A DNA stretch of 63,839 nucleotides, counting the filler, from Octopus bimaculoides (lineage: Eukaryota), in assembly GCF_001194135.2 (NCBI RefSeq). It is 7 parts of 7 records of this genome, joined end to end, with 100 filler letters (N's around TTAATTAATTAA, not from the genome) between each part and the next. Parts side by side here need not be neighbours in the genome. Positions count along the whole stretch, not along the records: positions 60,917 to 62,628 come from NC_068997.1; positions 62,729 to 63,839 come from NW_026383859.1; 5 more parts are not named here. The stretch is one strand, 5' to 3'. How positions within the stretch are numbered: position 1 is the first letter of the stretch; each line of letters begins with the position of its first letter. Both the position numbers and the translations under genes were made by a program. Below the pieces are notes generated by a model. The model saw only the letters and a program-made list of their open reading frames with translations. It did no database searches and was not told the origin of the DNA. Shown piece by piece: positions 61,160 through 63,839 of the stretch.

Positions 61160-61480
61160 CATGGCGCGGGAAAAGAAAGCGACATTAGTCTCGGAAGTGC
61201 TGAGCGTAAAGGGAAATAACTAGAAATACGAAAATAACTTTGCCTGAAAGTCTGTTTACTGATGTTTTCCAAACGTGAAGTAACCATGGAATTTAGTATT
61301 GTGTTCCATTTGCATGGTATGACTTGTATGAGTACTAATTCCACGATGATTACTAAATGGACTGCTACAAATTGTTGTAAGTTCGATAAAAGAGTTTCAA
61401 TGTAAGAATGATATAATGCTCCGACTGGATTCGTAACTAACCGTCTAGTCACATAAAAACTTCGAATTCTAAAAGAAATA
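61160..61480 (-). mobile_element. L2/CR1-group LINE C-terminal remnant
   Basis: IRSFYV...LYHSYIETLL resembles the L2 pattern LRSFxV...FYxSxIESxL. Confidence 0.45.
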
Positions 61481-61554
61481 TAAATTAAATGCGTGGATGA
61501 TTAATTATACCATTGAAGAAATGCTTTGCCTGTTATTAATAGATAATTTATCAT

Positions 61555-61720
61555 CATGTTCACCACCACCACTACCACCACCACCACCACCATCATCATC
61601 ACCATCATCACTATCAGCAGCAGCGGAACCACCACCATCAACATCATAATTATAATTGTTGTTGATTTTGTTGTTTATTTTTGTTGTTGTTGTTTTGTTG
61701 TTGTTGTTGTTGTTATTACT
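61555..61720. repeat. Compound trinucleotide tract (ACC/ATC/AGC then GTT)
   Basis: Direct reading; explains the poly-T/I/V ORF. Confidence 0.9.
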
Positions 61721-62596
61721 ATCATTGAAGCAGGCCTTGTGCCTATAGTAGAAAGGATTATTATTATTAACATTGAAGGCGACGAGCTGGCAGAATCGTT
61801 ATCGAGCTGGGCGAAATGCTAAGTGGTATTTCGTTTTCGTCCGTCTTTACGTTCTGAGTTCAAATTCCACCGAGGTCGACATTGCCTTTCATCCTTCAGT
61901 GTCGATCAATTAAGTACCGGTGAAACACGGAGGTCGATATAATCGACTGGTCTTCTCCCAGCAAATGTGAGGCCTTGTAATTCCAATAGAAAGGACTATT
62001 ATTACTGTTATTGTTATTGTTAAGGCGGCTAGCTGGCAGAGTCGTTAGCACGCCGGCCATAATGCTTAGCGGCATTTTATCCATATTTACGTTCTTAGTA
62101 GAAATTCTGCCCAGGTTGACTTTACCTTTCATCCGTTTTGGAGGTCGTAGAATTACTAGTAATAGTAGTAGTATTACGAAATTGGTTCTAGTGAGCGGAA
62201 CAGCTATGTCGAATGTTTATAATGATACTGAATCCTTAATATATTTATCTTTGTTTCTTTCTTTTAATGAATATCTACAGATTTCACGGAACAAGCATTT
62301 TAAGCAGATGCAATTTTAAATAAGCGTTCGTGACTAGCTTTTCTTATATTTCATTGTTTTTTATAGTTTAGAGTAGACACGACATATACATAAATAAATA
62401 AATGAATAAGTGAATAATTAAATAAGTAAACAGCTAAATGAATAAATAAATAAATGAGTTTACCAGCATCGGATGCAACAAAAGAATGGCGAAATACGTT
62501 GTAAGGGAGATAATGCTAAATAGCAGTCAGTAAAATTCTTTGTCCAGAAGTTTATGAAAGGAAAATACAAACATGCTAATTTCCATACGTTTTGAA

Positions 62597-62628
<32 letters not shown>

Positions 62629-63040
62629 NNNNNNNNNNNNNNNNNNNNNNNNNNNNNNNNNNNNNNNNNNNNTTAATTAATTAANNNNNNNNNNNNNNNN
62701 NNNNNNNNNNNNNNNNNNNNNNNNNNNNATGATTGGTAGTGTGTCTGTTTATTTGACTCTCACTCTTTTTCCTTCGTTCCTTTATCTTTTTTCTTGGATC
62801 GTTCGTAACCGTTCATAAGAGAAAGTAGCAAATGAAACGATTTATAAGAGGAGTAGAAAGAGTTAAGTAGATTGTTTTAGAGGGGGAAAGTGATTTTGCA
62901 TGTAGTTTTATGGATTTCATTCGTAATTGGGAGTTATTTTGACTGAAAAATGATGCTGTGACCTAACTTATTGTATTTAGAATATTAATTCCAATTCTTT
63001 CATCCAAGAAATTTGGAATTGTGTAAATGTATGAATTTTA

Positions 63041-63077
<37 letters not shown>

Positions 63078-63120
63078 AAACTTTGCCTTTTTATAGATAG
63101 GATATATATATATATATATA

Positions 63121-63825
63121 TATCAATTTAAATAAGAGCCATGACGCAATCCTGTAATAATAAAACTTGTTTATTATCCTATGCACATTTCAATGCAAGA
63201 TCCCGACTCACTCTTGTCTGAGATAAGAAAATAGGGCCTTGCATCTCTCCAGGGCCAAGTTACATTAATTCACAGCAGACAACAAACAACAGACAACATT
63301 ATTAGTTGTCCTTAAATTACATGTGTATAAAAAAGTTATAATCAGGTTGTAACGACATGAACATATTGAAACTGCTTGCAATATAAGTTAAGAAAAACCG
63401 TGATATAGTAAAGTAACTAAGTAGAGTTGTTAACCTAGGATATTAACCTAGGATGTTAAGTAGCGACAAGCATACAACGCTGTAAATTCAATAAAAACCG
63501 TTAGACTTTTGAAAAGAAAGTAAATAAAACGAAGAAAGAAAAATTATCTATTATAGAACTTAATAGAAAAACAAATATAAATTGATGGTCAAAGAGAGAT
63601 AAATCTAGCAAATAATATTTTTGATTTACATAATTCACTCCATTGTGAATAATCATATCAAATAATTATATATATTTTTAAGTCTAGAATATTTTTGAGA
63701 CTTGATTTAAGGATATGTAAACAAGATAATTTAGAAATATAAATTATAAATTATAAAATAAAAAAGACAAGTTAATAAACAAGTTTTATTATAGGATTGC
63801 GTCATGGCTCTTATTTAAATTGATA
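63121..63825. mobile_element. About 700-bp non-autonomous TIR element
   Basis: About 55-bp TIRs tatcaatttaaataagagccatgacgcaatcct...aaaacttgtttatta, one 3-nt indel; AT-rich non-coding interior. Confidence 0.8.
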
Positions 63826-63839
63826 TGCACCCAAAATTG

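Overview
AT-rich, microsatellite- and repeat-dense eukaryotic DNA with many N gaps. The SINE, LINE and microsatellite content looks like a coleoid cephalopod, probably Octopus (inference; no database search was run). Almost all ORFs in the supplied track are spurious (repeats, N runs, antisense of transposons). Reading splice sites by hand recovers two intron-containing genes, both on the minus strand and both incomplete. (1) Six phase-consistent exons (52307 to 40493) encode the C-terminal part of TGFBRAP1, a VPS3/VPS39-family tethering subunit; its upstream exons and last zinc-finger exon are not visible. (2) Nine phase-consistent exons (26378 to 1457, 356 codons) encode an uncharacterised extracellular-type protein: an ependymin/LolA-like beta domain, one six-cysteine PAN/apple domain and a linker, running off the left edge. 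The rest is mobile DNA: three tRNA-headed SINE families, RTE LINEs (one family has a PHD-type finger inside its reverse transcriptase), CR1/L2-group remnants, a Dong/R4 element next to (TAA)n, Penelope-like remnants, mariner/maT transposons, hAT/Tc1/Kolobok-like MITEs and a Helentron-type HINE. Six 100-bp gaps with a central TTAATTAATTAA mark artificial joins, so the window is a mosaic of seven blocks, and both genes lose exons next to these joins. Best leads: the LolA-like/PAN gene, a hammerhead-ribozyme-like motif with a variant core, the RT-embedded PHD finger, a MITE built around a telomeric-repeat palindrome, and an intronic inverted LINE-tail pair near a TGFBRAP1 splice acceptor. No prokaryotic features or CRISPR arrays are present.
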